Shown: positions 27,805 through 38,237 of the stretch, in pieces
How the letters are laid out: each line of letters begins with the position of its first letter
How positions within the stretch are numbered: the first letter of the stretch is position 1
Origin: Leptolyngbyaceae cyanobacterium M33_DOE_097
Lineage (GTDB): Bacteria > Cyanobacteriota > Cyanobacteriia > Leptolyngbyales > Leptolyngbyaceae
Direction of reading: 5' to 3'
DNA length: 64,000 nt
NCBI GenBank assembly: GCA_015296075.1
Contig: DVDV01000099.1
Span: forward strand, 26,446 to 90,445
Translations under genes and position numbers: made by a program
Notes under the pieces: generated by a model
The model's database searches: none
Told to the model about the DNA's origin: nothing
Seen by the model: the letters and a program-made list of their open reading frames with translations, nothing else

Positions 27805-28557
27805 CTACAACACCTTACCAAAGCGACGTTCGCGCTGCTGATAACTGATTAATGCCTGGTGAAATTCTTCCCGATCAAAATCGGGCCAGAGCGTATTTGT
27901 GACGTAGATCTCGGCGTAGGCCATCTGCCACAGCAAAAAGTTACTGATCCGCATTTCACCACTGGTGCGAATCAACAGATCGGGGTCACAAATGCCGTGC
28001 GTATAGAGATGTTGCTCAAACATCGCTTCGTCGATCTGGTCGGGTTGTAGCGTACCCGCTTGCACTTGCGCCGCGATCGCCTGACAGGCTTGCACAATTT
28101 CTTGCCGTCCGCCGTAATTGGTCGCTACCGTAAAGTGAATGCCGCGATTGTTTTTTGTCTCGCTAACGGCGCGATCGATCTCAGCTTGCAGCGATCGCGG
28201 CAACATTTCTAAATTGCCAACAAACCGAATTTGCACATCCTCTTCCATCATTTCGCGCAATTCTTGCCGCAGCACACGCTCAAACAGTGCCATCAAAAAC
28301 TCAACCTCTTCAGTCGGTCGGCCCCAATTTTCTGTCGAGAATGCGTAAGCGGTGAGTGCCTCAACGCCCCAGTCGCGGCAGCAGCGCAGCAACCGTTTTA
28401 AAACATCGACCCCGCGCCGATGACCCATAATGCGGGGCAACCCTCGCTGTTTTGCCCAGCGACCATTGCCATCCATAATCACCGCCACATGACGAGGCAT
28501 TCGTTCTTGCACCAAATCGGTCGGTAATGCTTGCAAGGCAAAATGTTTGGCAGTCAT
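27805..28557 (-). CDS. uppS: Isoprenyl transferase (undecaprenyl diphosphate synthase)
   Basis: [25 protein letters not shown] and [18 protein letters not shown] motifs. ATG 28557 preferred over the Cys-rich extension to 28632. Confidence 0.9.
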   Translation of the reverse strand: MTAKHFALQALPTDLVQERMPRHVAVIMDGNGRWAKQRGLPRIMGHRRGVDVLKRLLRCCRDWGVEALTAYAFSTENWGRPTEEVEFLMALFERVLRQELREMMEEDVQIRFVGNLEMLPRSLQAEIDRAVSETKNNRGIHFTVATNYGGRQEIVQACQAIAAQVQAGTLQPDQIDEAMFEQHLYTHGICDPDLLIRTSGEMRISNFLLWQMAYAEIYVTNTLWPDFDREEFHQALISYQQRERRFGKVL

Positions 28558-29013
28558 GATTCTCCACGCGATTCGCTGCAACACAATCAGGATCAGTGAA
28601 CAGCATACAGGACAGAGGCAGGCGCACTTCACTCGCTCAAGCGTTTTAACGTGAAAGCCCTAAAAATATGAAGTTGAGATGTGGCGCGACAGCCTTACTT
28701 AAAACTTAGGATCACGGATTGAATAAAGTCGAATATTTTGTCGTCTAAAGGGTCGAACAGCCATAGCCTTGCGGCAATAGCTTTCGGTATGGCTTCGCCC
28801 TGTTTGGATGCCCTGCAGGGCTTTAGGCTGCGCCAGCACCCATTCAACAAAGTATCGACGTTATTTGTTCTCGTTCCTGAACCGTCAAGTTTTAGCTGTG
28901 CTCAAGCAAGGTCGGGGGCGATCGCTGAACCCACTTCAATAACGCCGAATGAATACACCATCTCTTTTATTCTTCCGCTATTTGAGGCAGATCACACAAA
29001 TCTCTAAAAGGCT

Positions 29014-29970
29014 TCAAAGGCGAGTTTTGTGATTACGGAAAATTTTTGCTTTGGTTGAGGTAATGGCTTGTACAATTTTTGACCGCGACTGCTGAACGAT
29101 ATTCAACAGATTAGGTGCGCCCGTCTCGCGATCGACACTGGGTGAAAACCTTGCTTCTAGATACTCTTTTAGTTTACTGCTAGTCAGCGGGCGATTGAGC
29201 ATTCCTTTTTCAGCTACGGAGATTGACCCTGTCTCTTCTGATACCACCACGCAAATACAGTTATCCACTCGCTCTGTAATGCCCATTGCGGCTCGGTGGC
29301 GGGTGCCTAGCTGCCGTGAGGCACTTTTTTCTGAAAGGGGTAAAATCACCCCGGCTGCCACAATCTTGGCATCGCGTACTAAAACCGCTCCGTCATGTAA
29401 TAGCGTCGAAGTCTGAAAAATTGTTTGGATCAGCTCGCGCGACACTTCGGCATTGAGCCGCACCCCTGGCACCGAAAAATCACGTTCATCAATTGGGGTG
29501 CCAGTTTCTAAGATCAATAGTGCCCCAGTACGGCTTTGCGATAGTTCTTTAACCGCATCTACAATCTCATCCGTCACACTCCCCGACTTATAGATCGGGC
29601 GATTGGGGGGGCGCAGCAGTTGCAAAATCTGCCCTCGCCCCAACTGTTCGAGAAACCGACGAAACTCTGATTGCAAAATAAATGCCATTGCCACGGCTGA
29701 CCCAATTACCAACTTGTCTAAAACAAAGTTGAGTAAATTGAGTTGCAACTCACGGCTAATGGCCGCAGCCAGTACGAGAACAATGAATCCCCGTACCATC
29801 CACAAGGTTCGTCGCTCTCCTACGATGACCAGCACCATGTAGGAGAGGGCAACAACTAGCAAAATATCAATCACTGAATGGATATTAAGCGATCGCCAGC
29901 TAGCCAACCAAAGAGGCATCACAGTGAAAGTCCAACCAGGATCTATTAGCATTTGCCAAAACTCTGCCAT
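29014..29970 (-). CDS. cdaA: Diadenylate cyclase (c-di-AMP synthase), membrane-anchored CdaA type
   Basis: Three N-terminal TM helices, then a DAC domain with TGALLIL, LHDGAVLV and GTRHRAAMG motifs. Confidence 0.9.
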   Translation of the reverse strand: MAEFWQMLIDPGWTFTVMPLWLASWRSLNIHSVIDILLVVALSYMVLVIVGERRTLWMVRGFIVLVLAAAISRELQLNLLNFVLDKLVIGSAVAMAFILQSEFRRFLEQLGRGQILQLLRPPNRPIYKSGSVTDEIVDAVKELSQSRTGALLILETGTPIDERDFSVPGVRLNAEVSRELIQTIFQTSTLLHDGAVLVRDAKIVAAGVILPLSEKSASRQLGTRHRAAMGITERVDNCICVVVSEETGSISVAEKGMLNRPLTSSKLKEYLEARFSPSVDRETGAPNLLNIVQQSRSKIVQAITSTKAKIFRNHKTRL

Positions 29971-30053
29971 TGATCTGGGTTAACTCTGCGCCTCTACAAA
30001 AAAATCACATAACTCAACAGCCAGTCGGGAAACCATTCAGCCCTTTTTAGCAT

Positions 30054-31451
30054 CTAATATCTTAAGCGTTCAGGCAGGCGATCGTGCCGCAGCAAATCTT
30101 GGGCAGTTTCTCGCTGAAGAATTAAATTTGCTTCTCCCTCATTTACCAGTACAGCCGCTGGACGCGGGATCCGGTTGTAGTTAGAAGCCATGCTGTAGTT
30201 ATACGCTCCCGTTGCCAAAACTACCAGGGTTTCCCCTGAAGTTATGGATTCTGGTAGAGGCGCATCCTTAATTAAGACATCCCCAGACTCACAATGTTTC
30301 CCAGCAATTGTAACCGGAGTAGTATGCGGAGCCGACATGCGGTTAGCGATTACAGCCCGATACAAAGATTGATAAGTAATCGGACGTGGGTTGTCTGACA
30401 TGCCCCCATCAATGCTGACGTAGGTGCGAATCTCAGGAATCGTTTTCTGTCCGCCAATGGTGTAGGCCGTGACGCACGCGGAGCCGATCAGCGATCGCCC
30501 TGGCTCACTTAACAGCTTCGGAAACGGAATCCCAGCCGCTTCACACGCCTTTTTGACAGAGGTTGCCACAATCTCAACCCACGCGTGGATGCTGGGGGGA
30601 TCATCAGACTCGGTGTAGCGAATGCCCAGGCCACCGCCGATATTCAACTCTTTGAGTGACAGCCCATACTGAGAGGCTTTGGTAAACCATTGCACCATCA
30701 CACTGCCTAAATCTTGGTGCGGTTGCAGCTCAAAAATTTGTGACCCGATGTGGGCGTGAATCCCCAAACAATTCAGCGCAGGTTGCTGGCTGACAAAGCG
30801 AAACACTTCGTCAATCTGGTTGGGGTCAAAGCCAAACTTGCTGTCCAGGTGGCCTGTGCGAATGTATTCGTGCGTGTGGCACTCAATTCCCGGAGTTAGG
30901 CGCAACAAAATTGGGATCGGAGTTTCACCCGCCAACTCGACTAAGGTTTGCAGCTCATGCCAGTTGTCAACAATGATTCGGCAATTTGCCGCGATCGCCT
31001 GTTCTAACTCATTCCGCGATTTGTTGTTGCCGTGCAGGTAGATTTTGTCTGGGTTGACCCCCGCTTCCAGAGCCGTGATCAACTCACCGCCAGAAACCAC
31101 ATCCATGCCCAGACCTTCGCTGCTGGCGATCGCACAAACCGCAAGACAGCTCCAGGCTTTGGAGGCATAGATCACCAGCGACTCACCGGGGTAATACTGC
31201 TGAAACGCATCCCGATATTGACGGCAAGCCGTGCGCAGCGTTTGCTCATCTAAAATATAAAGAGGTGAGCCAAATTTCTGTACCAGGTCAACAACGTCAC
31301 ACCCCCCAATCTCCAGGTGGTCTGCCTGATTCACCGTTGTTGTCAGAGGCACCAGTGATTGGTTGGGCGATCGCTCGGTGCCAGATGCAGGTGTTAAATA
31401 TCGCCAACCAGACTGCTGCATCTCCTCGTTATATGTAGTCTCCATATCCAA
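30054..31451 (-). CDS. lysA: Diaminopimelate decarboxylase
   Basis: 465 aa. YASKAWS (PLP Lys), GGGLGIRY, CESGD and GAYNYSMASNYN motifs. Confidence 0.95.
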   Translation of the reverse strand: MDMETTYNEEMQQSGWRYLTPASGTERSPNQSLVPLTTTVNQADHLEIGGCDVVDLVQKFGSPLYILDEQTLRTACRQYRDAFQQYYPGESLVIYASKAWSCLAVCAIASSEGLGMDVVSGGELITALEAGVNPDKIYLHGNNKSRNELEQAIAANCRIIVDNWHELQTLVELAGETPIPILLRLTPGIECHTHEYIRTGHLDSKFGFDPNQIDEVFRFVSQQPALNCLGIHAHIGSQIFELQPHQDLGSVMVQWFTKASQYGLSLKELNIGGGLGIRYTESDDPPSIHAWVEIVATSVKKACEAAGIPFPKLLSEPGRSLIGSACVTAYTIGGQKTIPEIRTYVSIDGGMSDNPRPITYQSLYRAVIANRMSAPHTTPVTIAGKHCESGDVLIKDAPLPESITSGETLVVLATGAYNYSMASNYNRIPRPAAVLVNEGEANLILQRETAQDLLRHDRLPERLRY

Positions 31452-31513
31452 TCCTTTATGTGGGTGCCGTCTCAGGGATTTAGTTAAGTCATCCTGATAA
31501 CCAGTTTACAATT

Positions 31514-32155
31514 GTGGGCTGTGCATCCTATTTCCACTTTGTCATCTTTTCAGTAGTTGAGTTGCCTGCATTGAAGCGTTTGACCCTCCAGCCCCTGACT
31601 GATGCCCTGCTTCCAGAGGCACTAAACCTTGACCAGCAGTGCTTCGGTGGCTTGTGGACGGATGAAGGCTATCGCCGTGAAATGGCTAGCCCCAATAGCG
31701 AGTTACTTATTTTTTTAGCGGAGTCAGAAGCGGCGGAAGCTCCAAATGTTGTGGCGCTTGGCTGTTATTGGGCAATTTTAGAAGAGGCTCATATTACGAT
31801 CGTGGCGGTTGACCCGACCCATCGCAGGGGTGGATTGGGTCAAGCGATGGTTTGGGTGTTGCTCAATTCGGCCCATCGTCGCGGGTTAGAACGGGCCACT
31901 CTGGAGGTGCGAGTCTCAAATGAATCGGCGATCGCCCTCTACTCTAAATTTGGGTTTCAAGTCGCTGGGCAACGCAAACGCTACTACCAAGACAATGGCG
32001 AAGATGCGCTGATTCTCTGGCGAGGCGGGTTACATAAACCAGAGTATCAACACGAACTGGCGAACCAATGGGAACAAACGCGCGATCGCTTAATCACAAA
32101 AAACTGGCACATTGACCCAACCACATTTGAGCCACTCATTTTGGTTTTAGATTAA
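31514..32155 (+). CDS. rimI: Ribosomal-protein-alanine N-acetyltransferase (GNAT)
   Basis: AHITIVAVDPTHRRGGLGQAM (acetyl-CoA motif) and ATLEVRVSNESAIALYSKFGF. Start codon uncertain (GTG 31514 or a downstream TTG). Confidence 0.8.
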   Translation: MGCASYFHFVIFSVVELPALKRLTLQPLTDALLPEALNLDQQCFGGLWTDEGYRREMASPNSELLIFLAESEAAEAPNVVALGCYWAILEEAHITIVAVDPTHRRGGLGQAMVWVLLNSAHRRGLERATLEVRVSNESAIALYSKFGFQVAGQRKRYYQDNGEDALILWRGGLHKPEYQHELANQWEQTRDRLITKNWHIDPTTFEPLILVLD

Positions 32156-32462
32156 AAATCATTACCTGCGGAAGATGCAGCAAACCCGCTGATCTTCTTT
32201 CTGTCACTGTGATCCCTGCTTCAAATACTTAAATATTTAAGTTCTCCTTAAGAAAAGTGACTTGATTACGCCGCTTTTTTCTGGTATTTCTTCCATCTTG
32301 GGGACGTTTGCTCAGGCGAAAACCGGTGTCACGCTTGCTCCCCTCCTCACCATTTGCCATTCGGATATCCCTAATCATCCTGCTGTACATACTGAACAGC
32401 AGGACAGGTCGCCTATGCTAAAATCAGCAGTACCGGCACGCAGCAGGTGATAGATAGACGCC

Positions 32463-34928
32463 ATGTTTGAACGCTTCACAGAAAAAGCCATCAAAGTGAT
32501 TATGCTCGCCCAGGAGGAGGCCCGCCGCCTGGGACACAATTTTGTAGGCACGGAACAAATCCTCCTAGGGTTAATCGGTGAAGGAACCGGTGTCGCCGCC
32601 AAAGTCCTCAAGTCGATGGGCGTCAATCTCAAAGACGCTCGCATCGAAGTAGAAAAAATCATTGGCCGCGGTTCTGGTTTCGTCGCTGTTGAAATTCCGT
32701 TTACGCCTCGTGCAAAACGAGTTCTCGAACTTTCTCTGGAAGAGGCTCGTCAGCTTGGGCACAATTACATCGGCACGGAACACCTGCTCCTGGGTTTAAT
32801 CCGGGAAGGGGAAGGCGTTGCCGCTCGAGTTCTCGAAAATCTGGGAGTCGATCTCTCAAAAGTGCGCACCCAGGTCATTCGGATGCTGGGTGAAACAGCC
32901 GAGGTTACCTCAGGCGGTTCTCAAGGGCGCACCAAAACCCCAACATTGGATGAGTTTGGCTCTAACCTGACCCAAATGGCAGGTGAAGGCAAGCTTGACC
33001 CGGTTGTCGGTCGTCAAAAAGAAATTGAACGGGTAATTCAAATTCTCGGTCGTCGGACGAAGAACAACCCTGTGCTGATTGGAGAACCCGGCGTCGGTAA
33101 AACGGCGATCGCAGAAGGGTTAGCTCAGCGGATTGCAAACGACGATGTGCCCGATATTTTGCAAGATAAACGCGTTGTCACCTTAGACATTGGTTTGCTA
33201 GTTGCTGGCACCAAGTACCGGGGTGAGTTTGAAGAGCGCCTTAAGAAGATCATGGATGAAATCCGCTCGGCCGGAAACGTCATCCTGGTCATTGACGAGG
33301 TGCATACATTAATTGGGGCAGGTGCCGCTGAGGGCGCGATCGATGCCGCAAACATTCTGAAGCCAGCGTTGGCGCGGGGTGAGTTGCAGTGCATTGGTGC
33401 TACCACGTTGGATGAATACCGGAAGCACATCGAGCGCGATGCTGCGCTTGAGCGACGTTTTCAGCCAGTCATGGTGGGTGAACCCAGCGTTGACGAGACG
33501 ATTGAAATCTTGCGCGGTCTGCGTGAGCGTTATGAGCAGCACCATAAGCTCAAGATCTCAGATGAAGCGTTGGATGCAGCGGCGAAGCTCTCCGATCGCT
33601 ATATCTCTGACCGCTATCTGCCCGACAAAGCGATTGACTTGATTGACGAAGCGGGTTCTCGCGTTCGTTTAATCAACTCCCAGTTGCCACCCGCCGCTAA
33701 AGAATTGGATAAGGAACTGCGTCAGGTTTTGAAAGACAAAGACGATGCGGTTCGTGCTCAAAACTTTGACCGGGCTGGTGAACTCCGCGATCGCGAGATG
33801 GAAATCAAAGCTGAGATCCGCTCGATCGCTCAAAACAAGAAGCCTGAAGGTTCGGGTGAAGAGCCAGTCGTTACCGAAGAAGACATTGCGCAAATTGTCG
33901 CTTCGTGGACGGGTGTACCCGTTAACAAGCTCACCGAGACGGAGTCCGAAAAACTGTTGCACATGGAGGAAACTCTGCACCAGCGGTTGATCGGTCAAGA
34001 CGAAGCGGTGAAAGCGGTGTCTCGTGCCATTCGTCGGGCACGGGTCGGCTTGAAGAATCCCAACCGTCCGATTGCGAGCTTTATCTTCTCTGGCCCAACT
34101 GGGGTTGGTAAGACTGAGTTGACGAAGGCACTGGCTTCTTACTTCTTTGGTTCTGAAGATGCCATGATCCGGCTTGACATGTCGGAATACATGGAGCGTC
34201 ACACCGTTTCGAAGCTGATTGGTTCGCCTCCGGGCTACGTCGGCTATAACGAAGGTGGCCAGTTGACTGAAGCGGTTCGTCGTCGTCCTTACACCGTTGT
34301 GCTGTTTGACGAAATCGAAAAAGCGCACCCCGATGTCTTTAACATGCTGCTGCAAATCCTGGAAGATGGTCGCTTGACCGACGCCAAGGGTCGCACAGTT
34401 GACTTTAAGAACACCCTCTTGATTATGACTTCGAACATTGGTTCGAAGGTGATTGAGAAAGGTGGCGGTGGTCTGGGCTTTGAGTTTGCCTCTGACGATC
34501 CAAACGAGTCTCAATACAACCGCGTGCGATCGCTGGTTAACGAAGAGCTGAAGCAGTTCTTCCGCCCAGAGTTCTTAAACCGTCTGGATGAGATTATCGT
34601 CTTCCGCCAGCTCAAGAAGGACGAGGTCAAGGAAATTGCCGACATTATGCTGCGCGATGTATTTAAGCGTCTGCAAGAGCAAGGCATCACCTTAGAAGTG
34701 ACCGAGAAGTTCAAAGATCGGTTGGTCGAAGAGGGCTACAATCCCAGCTATGGTGCTCGTCCATTGCGTCGTGCCATCATGCGTCTGCTAGAAGACTCTC
34801 TGGCTGAAGAGATTCTCTCTGGCCGGATCAAGAATGGGGATGTCGCACTTGTGGATGTCGCCGAAGATGGCCAGGTGAAAGTAGCACCCGGAGAGAAGCG
34901 GGAATTACTCCCTCAAGCCGCAGAATAA
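32463..34928 (+). CDS. clpC: ATP-dependent Clp protease ATP-binding subunit ClpC
   Basis: [37 protein letters not shown] double Clp_N repeat. Walker A GEPGVGKT and [11 protein letters not shown]-like linker. Confidence 0.97.
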   Translation: MFERFTEKAIKVIMLAQEEARRLGHNFVGTEQILLGLIGEGTGVAAKVLKSMGVNLKDARIEVEKIIGRGSGFVAVEIPFTPRAKRVLELSLEEARQLGHNYIGTEHLLLGLIREGEGVAARVLENLGVDLSKVRTQVIRMLGETAEVTSGGSQGRTKTPTLDEFGSNLTQMAGEGKLDPVVGRQKEIERVIQILGRRTKNNPVLIGEPGVGKTAIAEGLAQRIANDDVPDILQDKRVVTLDIGLLVAGTKYRGEFEERLKKIMDEIRSAGNVILVIDEVHTLIGAGAAEGAIDAANILKPALARGELQCIGATTLDEYRKHIERDAALERRFQPVMVGEPSVDETIEILRGLRERYEQHHKLKISDEALDAAAKLSDRYISDRYLPDKAIDLIDEAGSRVRLINSQLPPAAKELDKELRQVLKDKDDAVRAQNFDRAGELRDREMEIKAEIRSIAQNKKPEGSGEEPVVTEEDIAQIVASWTGVPVNKLTETESEKLLHMEETLHQRLIGQDEAVKAVSRAIRRARVGLKNPNRPIASFIFSGPTGVGKTELTKALASYFFGSEDAMIRLDMSEYMERHTVSKLIGSPPGYVGYNEGGQLTEAVRRRPYTVVLFDEIEKAHPDVFNMLLQILEDGRLTDAKGRTVDFKNTLLIMTSNIGSKVIEKGGGGLGFEFASDDPNESQYNRVRSLVNEELKQFFRPEFLNRLDEIIVFRQLKKDEVKEIADIMLRDVFKRLQEQGITLEVTEKFKDRLVEEGYNPSYGARPLRRAIMRLLEDSLAEEILSGRIKNGDVALVDVAEDGQVKVAPGEKRELLPQAAE

Positions 34929-34969
34929 TACGATCGGACGATGTCTCCTGTTACAAAATGTAACTAACA

Positions 34970-35008
34970 ATAGATGGTGAAGCTTTTTGTTTCGCCATCT
35001 ATTTTTTT
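34970..35008 (+). terminator. Intrinsic terminator after clpC
   Basis: Perfect 8-bp stem atagatgg/ccatctat (34970-34977 / 34995-35002) followed by a run of 6 further T (35003-35008). Confidence 0.7.
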
Positions 35009-35021
35009 AGGAAGACACCCT

Positions 35022-35606
35022 ATGACTTCAGTAGCAACTCCGCCTAAGCCTCGAACTACTTCTGCGTTCAAACACTTGATGAGTGTTCACTGGGTGATGG
35101 CGACGCTTTACTTCGTTTTGTTTGCTACGGGTACGTTTATGGCTCAACTGCCCCGCGAAGTTTCTTTTCGGGGTTCGTTTTACGACTTCCACAAATCTCT
35201 TGGAATTTTGGTGATGGCTCTGCTGAGCTGGCGAATTTTGGTACTCTTGCGCGTCTGGTGGAAGAAATATACAAAGCGGTTGCCCAAGTTTTCGCCCGAG
35301 TGGTTTGGTAAGGTTGCTTTACATATCGTCCTTTATTTTTTTATGTGGGTGGTGCCTGTTACGGGTTACTTTCTCTCTAATTCCTTTAAGAGTGGCAACG
35401 TCAAGTTTTTTGGCCTTTTGATGCCCGATATTTTTCCTCAGAATGCTGCCAACGTGGATCTAGCGCGAGGTTTACATTTTTGGCTGGGGTATACTTTTCT
35501 GGCTTTTGTGGTTTTACACATGGTTGCTCAGTGGAAAGTGATGCGAGCAAACTGGCGACGTTTAGTGAAATTTCTGCAGAAGCGGCAGTCCCAGGCAAAT
35601 TCTTAG
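35022..35606 (+). CDS. Cytochrome b561 (CybB-like) family membrane protein
   Basis: Four TM helices with conserved His (SVHW, FHKSLG, LHIVLY, VVLHMV). ATG 35022 follows an AGGAAG RBS. The track start at 34974 lies inside the clpC terminator. Confidence 0.7.
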   Translation: MTSVATPPKPRTTSAFKHLMSVHWVMATLYFVLFATGTFMAQLPREVSFRGSFYDFHKSLGILVMALLSWRILVLLRVWWKKYTKRLPKFSPEWFGKVALHIVLYFFMWVVPVTGYFLSNSFKSGNVKFFGLLMPDIFPQNAANVDLARGLHFWLGYTFLAFVVLHMVAQWKVMRANWRRLVKFLQKRQSQANS

Positions 35607-35897
35607 ATCCTCAGGAATGTAGATTCAATCATGTGCAATCTGACGGGGGGCACACAGGCGAAGAAGAGACATCAATATAAAGATTGCTGGCTAAATCTGC
35701 CCCCCTTGTTTGTAACTTTGTAACACAATTGTAGTTTCGCCTACTACACTAGAAAAGGGCATGGGTGTTGCTGAATCGTCACCTTAAGCCCTTACCAAGA
35801 ACATACTTTTGCCGAGATGCCGTCTCTTTGGGTTGCATCTAAACCCAAGCCAGACGGCTTTTTTTGGGGAGTCGTAGCACGGCTGCGATCGCGATTT

Positions 35898-37265
35898 ATG
35901 GTGTATCTAACGCTTTCAAAACCAATTCAAACTGAGATTCGAGCGTTCATTCGCTTAACGGTGCCTTTAGCGGCGGCTCAAGTTGCCCAGGCGGCAACCG
36001 GGTTTGTCGATACTGTGATGATGGGTTGGCTGGGGCAAGAAACTCTGGCTGCTGGTGGGTTAGCGGCGGCTACTTTCTCAACTCTGCTTGTGTCGGGTGT
36101 CGGTATCGTGACAGGGATTAGTCCCCTGATTGCTGAGTCGCATGGAGCAGGCAACTTTCACCGGATCCGCCAACTCACCTGTCAAGGCTTTTGGCTGGTG
36201 GTGTTAGTGTCGCTGCCAGTGATGGTGTTGCTGGCTCAAATGGGGTCGGTGCTGACTCTGCTGGGTCAAAAACCCGAAATCGCAGTCATAGCAAAGCCTT
36301 ATCTGGATGTAATGATTTGGGCTTACCTACCCGCTTTAACCTTTACGTTGCTTAAAAGTGTGGTGTCTTCGCTATCACACCCGCAACCAATTATGGGCAT
36401 TGTAGTAACGGGCACCTGCTTTAATGCGATCGGTAACTATGTGCTGGGCTTTGGCAAACTCGGATTTCCGACCTTGGGGCTAACTGGACTCGCCCTATCA
36501 ACAATGGTGACGCACTGGGGTATGGCGATCGCCTTGCTGCTCTATATGCTCTGGCATCGCAAATTGAAAGACTACCGATTATTCGCAGAGTTGCGCCAAT
36601 TTCACCCCAAGATTTTGCGGGAGTTGATGGCGATTGGCTTGCCAATTGGGGTTGCCTTTACTCTTGAAGTCGGTCTATTCACCACGACCACCTATCTAAT
36701 GGGGGTACTCGGCACCGAGGTCTTGGCCGCTCACCAGATTGTGTTTCAGACAATTGTGGTGGTGTTTATGGTGCCACTTGGCTTGTCTTTTGCCAACACA
36801 ATTCGCGTGGGACAGTGGATCGGCCAGGGCGATCGCGAAGCGGCAAAACGGGCGGCTTATGTCGGCATGGTGCTGGGTGGGTTGTTTATGACCCTGATGG
36901 CGATCGCCCTTTCCCTCTCTCCTAAATTGATTATTGGCTTGTACCTGAATGTCAACGACCCACGCAATGCAGCAGTTGTTAGCCTCGCTGCATCAATGTT
37001 AATTGTGGCGGCCTTTGCGCAAATTTTAGATGGGGTGCAAACGTCTGCTGCAGGGGCACTGCGTGGCTTAAAAGATACACGAGTACCGATGCTGCTGAGC
37101 TTTATCGCCTTTTGGGGGGTCGGCTTAGCCAGTGGCTACCTGATTGGATTTCGGCTGGGTCTGGGTGGTGTTGGCCTCTGGCTTGGGCAGTCACTGGGAA
37201 TTGCCGCCGCTGCGGGTGTCTTCATTCGCCGCTTTCGCTACCTGATTCGGCCAGTAAAGCCTTAG
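35898..37265 (+). CDS. MATE-family efflux transporter
   Basis: About 12 TM helices. LTVPLAAAQVAQAATGFVDTVMMG N-terminal MATE signature and GALRGLKDTRVPM in the second half. ATG 35898 preferred to 35817. Confidence 0.85.
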   Translation: MVYLTLSKPIQTEIRAFIRLTVPLAAAQVAQAATGFVDTVMMGWLGQETLAAGGLAAATFSTLLVSGVGIVTGISPLIAESHGAGNFHRIRQLTCQGFWLVVLVSLPVMVLLAQMGSVLTLLGQKPEIAVIAKPYLDVMIWAYLPALTFTLLKSVVSSLSHPQPIMGIVVTGTCFNAIGNYVLGFGKLGFPTLGLTGLALSTMVTHWGMAIALLLYMLWHRKLKDYRLFAELRQFHPKILRELMAIGLPIGVAFTLEVGLFTTTTYLMGVLGTEVLAAHQIVFQTIVVVFMVPLGLSFANTIRVGQWIGQGDREAAKRAAYVGMVLGGLFMTLMAIALSLSPKLIIGLYLNVNDPRNAAVVSLAASMLIVAAFAQILDGVQTSAAGALRGLKDTRVPMLLSFIAFWGVGLASGYLIGFRLGLGGVGLWLGQSLGIAAAAGVFIRRFRYLIRPVKP

Positions 37266-38020
37266 TGCCCCAGCCGATAGAGCAGCGATCGCCACGCAAA
37301 TCGGGGCAAATCGAGCATCCGTTTCCAGCGCCAGGGTTCCTTATAAAGACGGTAAACCCACTCCAGGTTGTTGTTGCGGAGCCAACCCGGTGCCCGTTGT
37401 TTGGTGCCAGCCCAAACGTCAAAGCTACCGCCGACCCCAATCCAAACGGTGTTAGGGCACAAGTGACGGTGTTGGGCAATCCAAAATTCTTGCCGGGGCA
37501 CCCCCAACCCAACCAAAACAAGTTCTGGCTGAAGTTCCTTCAAGGTTTGCAGAAAAACGGGCGTCGTCTCAGGGGTGAGATAGCCATTTTGCACATGGGC
37601 GATCGCCAAGCCTGGATATTTGGCTTCTAGCTTTGCGGCGGCTTGCTCTGCGACTCCCGGTGCTCCACCAAAGAAGACGATCTTGCCGAGGTTTTGTTGG
37701 GCGATCGCTTGCAAGAGTGACTCGGCTAGCTCAATCCCAGGGCATCGCTTGATCCGGCGACCATGTAGCCGCAAGTAAAGTACAACTCCCGCTCCATCAG
37801 GAATCACCAACTCTGCCTGATGAATCACCGTGGCGAGATCGGGGTTGCGCTCTGCCTGCATCGTCATTTCTGCATTCAGCGTGACGACATGGCAGCCTTG
37901 CCGTTGCTTTAACCGAGCCAATAACCAGTCAAAATAGTTACGGGTTAGATGCAATGGTACACCTAACACCTGAAACGGCTCTAGCGCCTGGGGTTGGATT
38001 TGTTCTTGCGCCATGATCAC
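37262..38020 (-). CDS. WecB/TagA/CpsF-family glycosyltransferase
   Basis: VTLNAEMTMQAERNPDL, LVIPDGAGVV, FFGGAPGVAEQAA, LVGLGVPRQEFW motifs. Confidence 0.85.
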   Translation of the reverse strand: MIMAQEQIQPQALEPFQVLGVPLHLTRNYFDWLLARLKQRQGCHVVTLNAEMTMQAERNPDLATVIHQAELVIPDGAGVVLYLRLHGRRIKRCPGIELAESLLQAIAQQNLGKIVFFGGAPGVAEQAAAKLEAKYPGLAIAHVQNGYLTPETTPVFLQTLKELQPELVLVGLGVPRQEFWIAQHRHLCPNTVWIGVGGSFDVWAGTKQRAPGWLRNNNLEWVYRLYKEPWRWKRMLDLPRFAWRSLLYRLGH

Positions 38021-38237
38021 ACCAACATTTTCAGCCTTTCATAATACCAGGACTTACCGAAGCACTATCAGTCTGGATAGACTTTTGCGCTGGCCAATTA
38101 AGTTATTGAAAGAAAGGTTACTAATGGGGCGATCGCGTGCTCCTGAAAGAAAGTCTGATTCGTACATGAATACACAGAACCGATTTTTGTCTCGGTATAA
38201 CGTCAATTCTGTTGATTTATTTCCAGGAGTAACGTGA

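Noticed and set aside
28738-29007. 89-aa plus-strand ORF in the cdaA-uppS spacer.
   Set aside because: It is antisense to the operon, has no RBS or motif, and has an odd composition. The region is treated as non-coding spacer instead.
33669-34514. Long antisense ORFs inside well-supported genes: 33669..34514(-) in clpC, 24487..25179(-) in the WD40 gene, 59694..60392(-) in rbcL, 45922..46497(-) in the PP2C gene, 6503..7057(-) in pilD.
   Set aside because: The sense-strand genes have unambiguous family motifs. The antisense products are Arg/Ser/Pro-rich with no motifs, which is typical of frames left open by codon bias.
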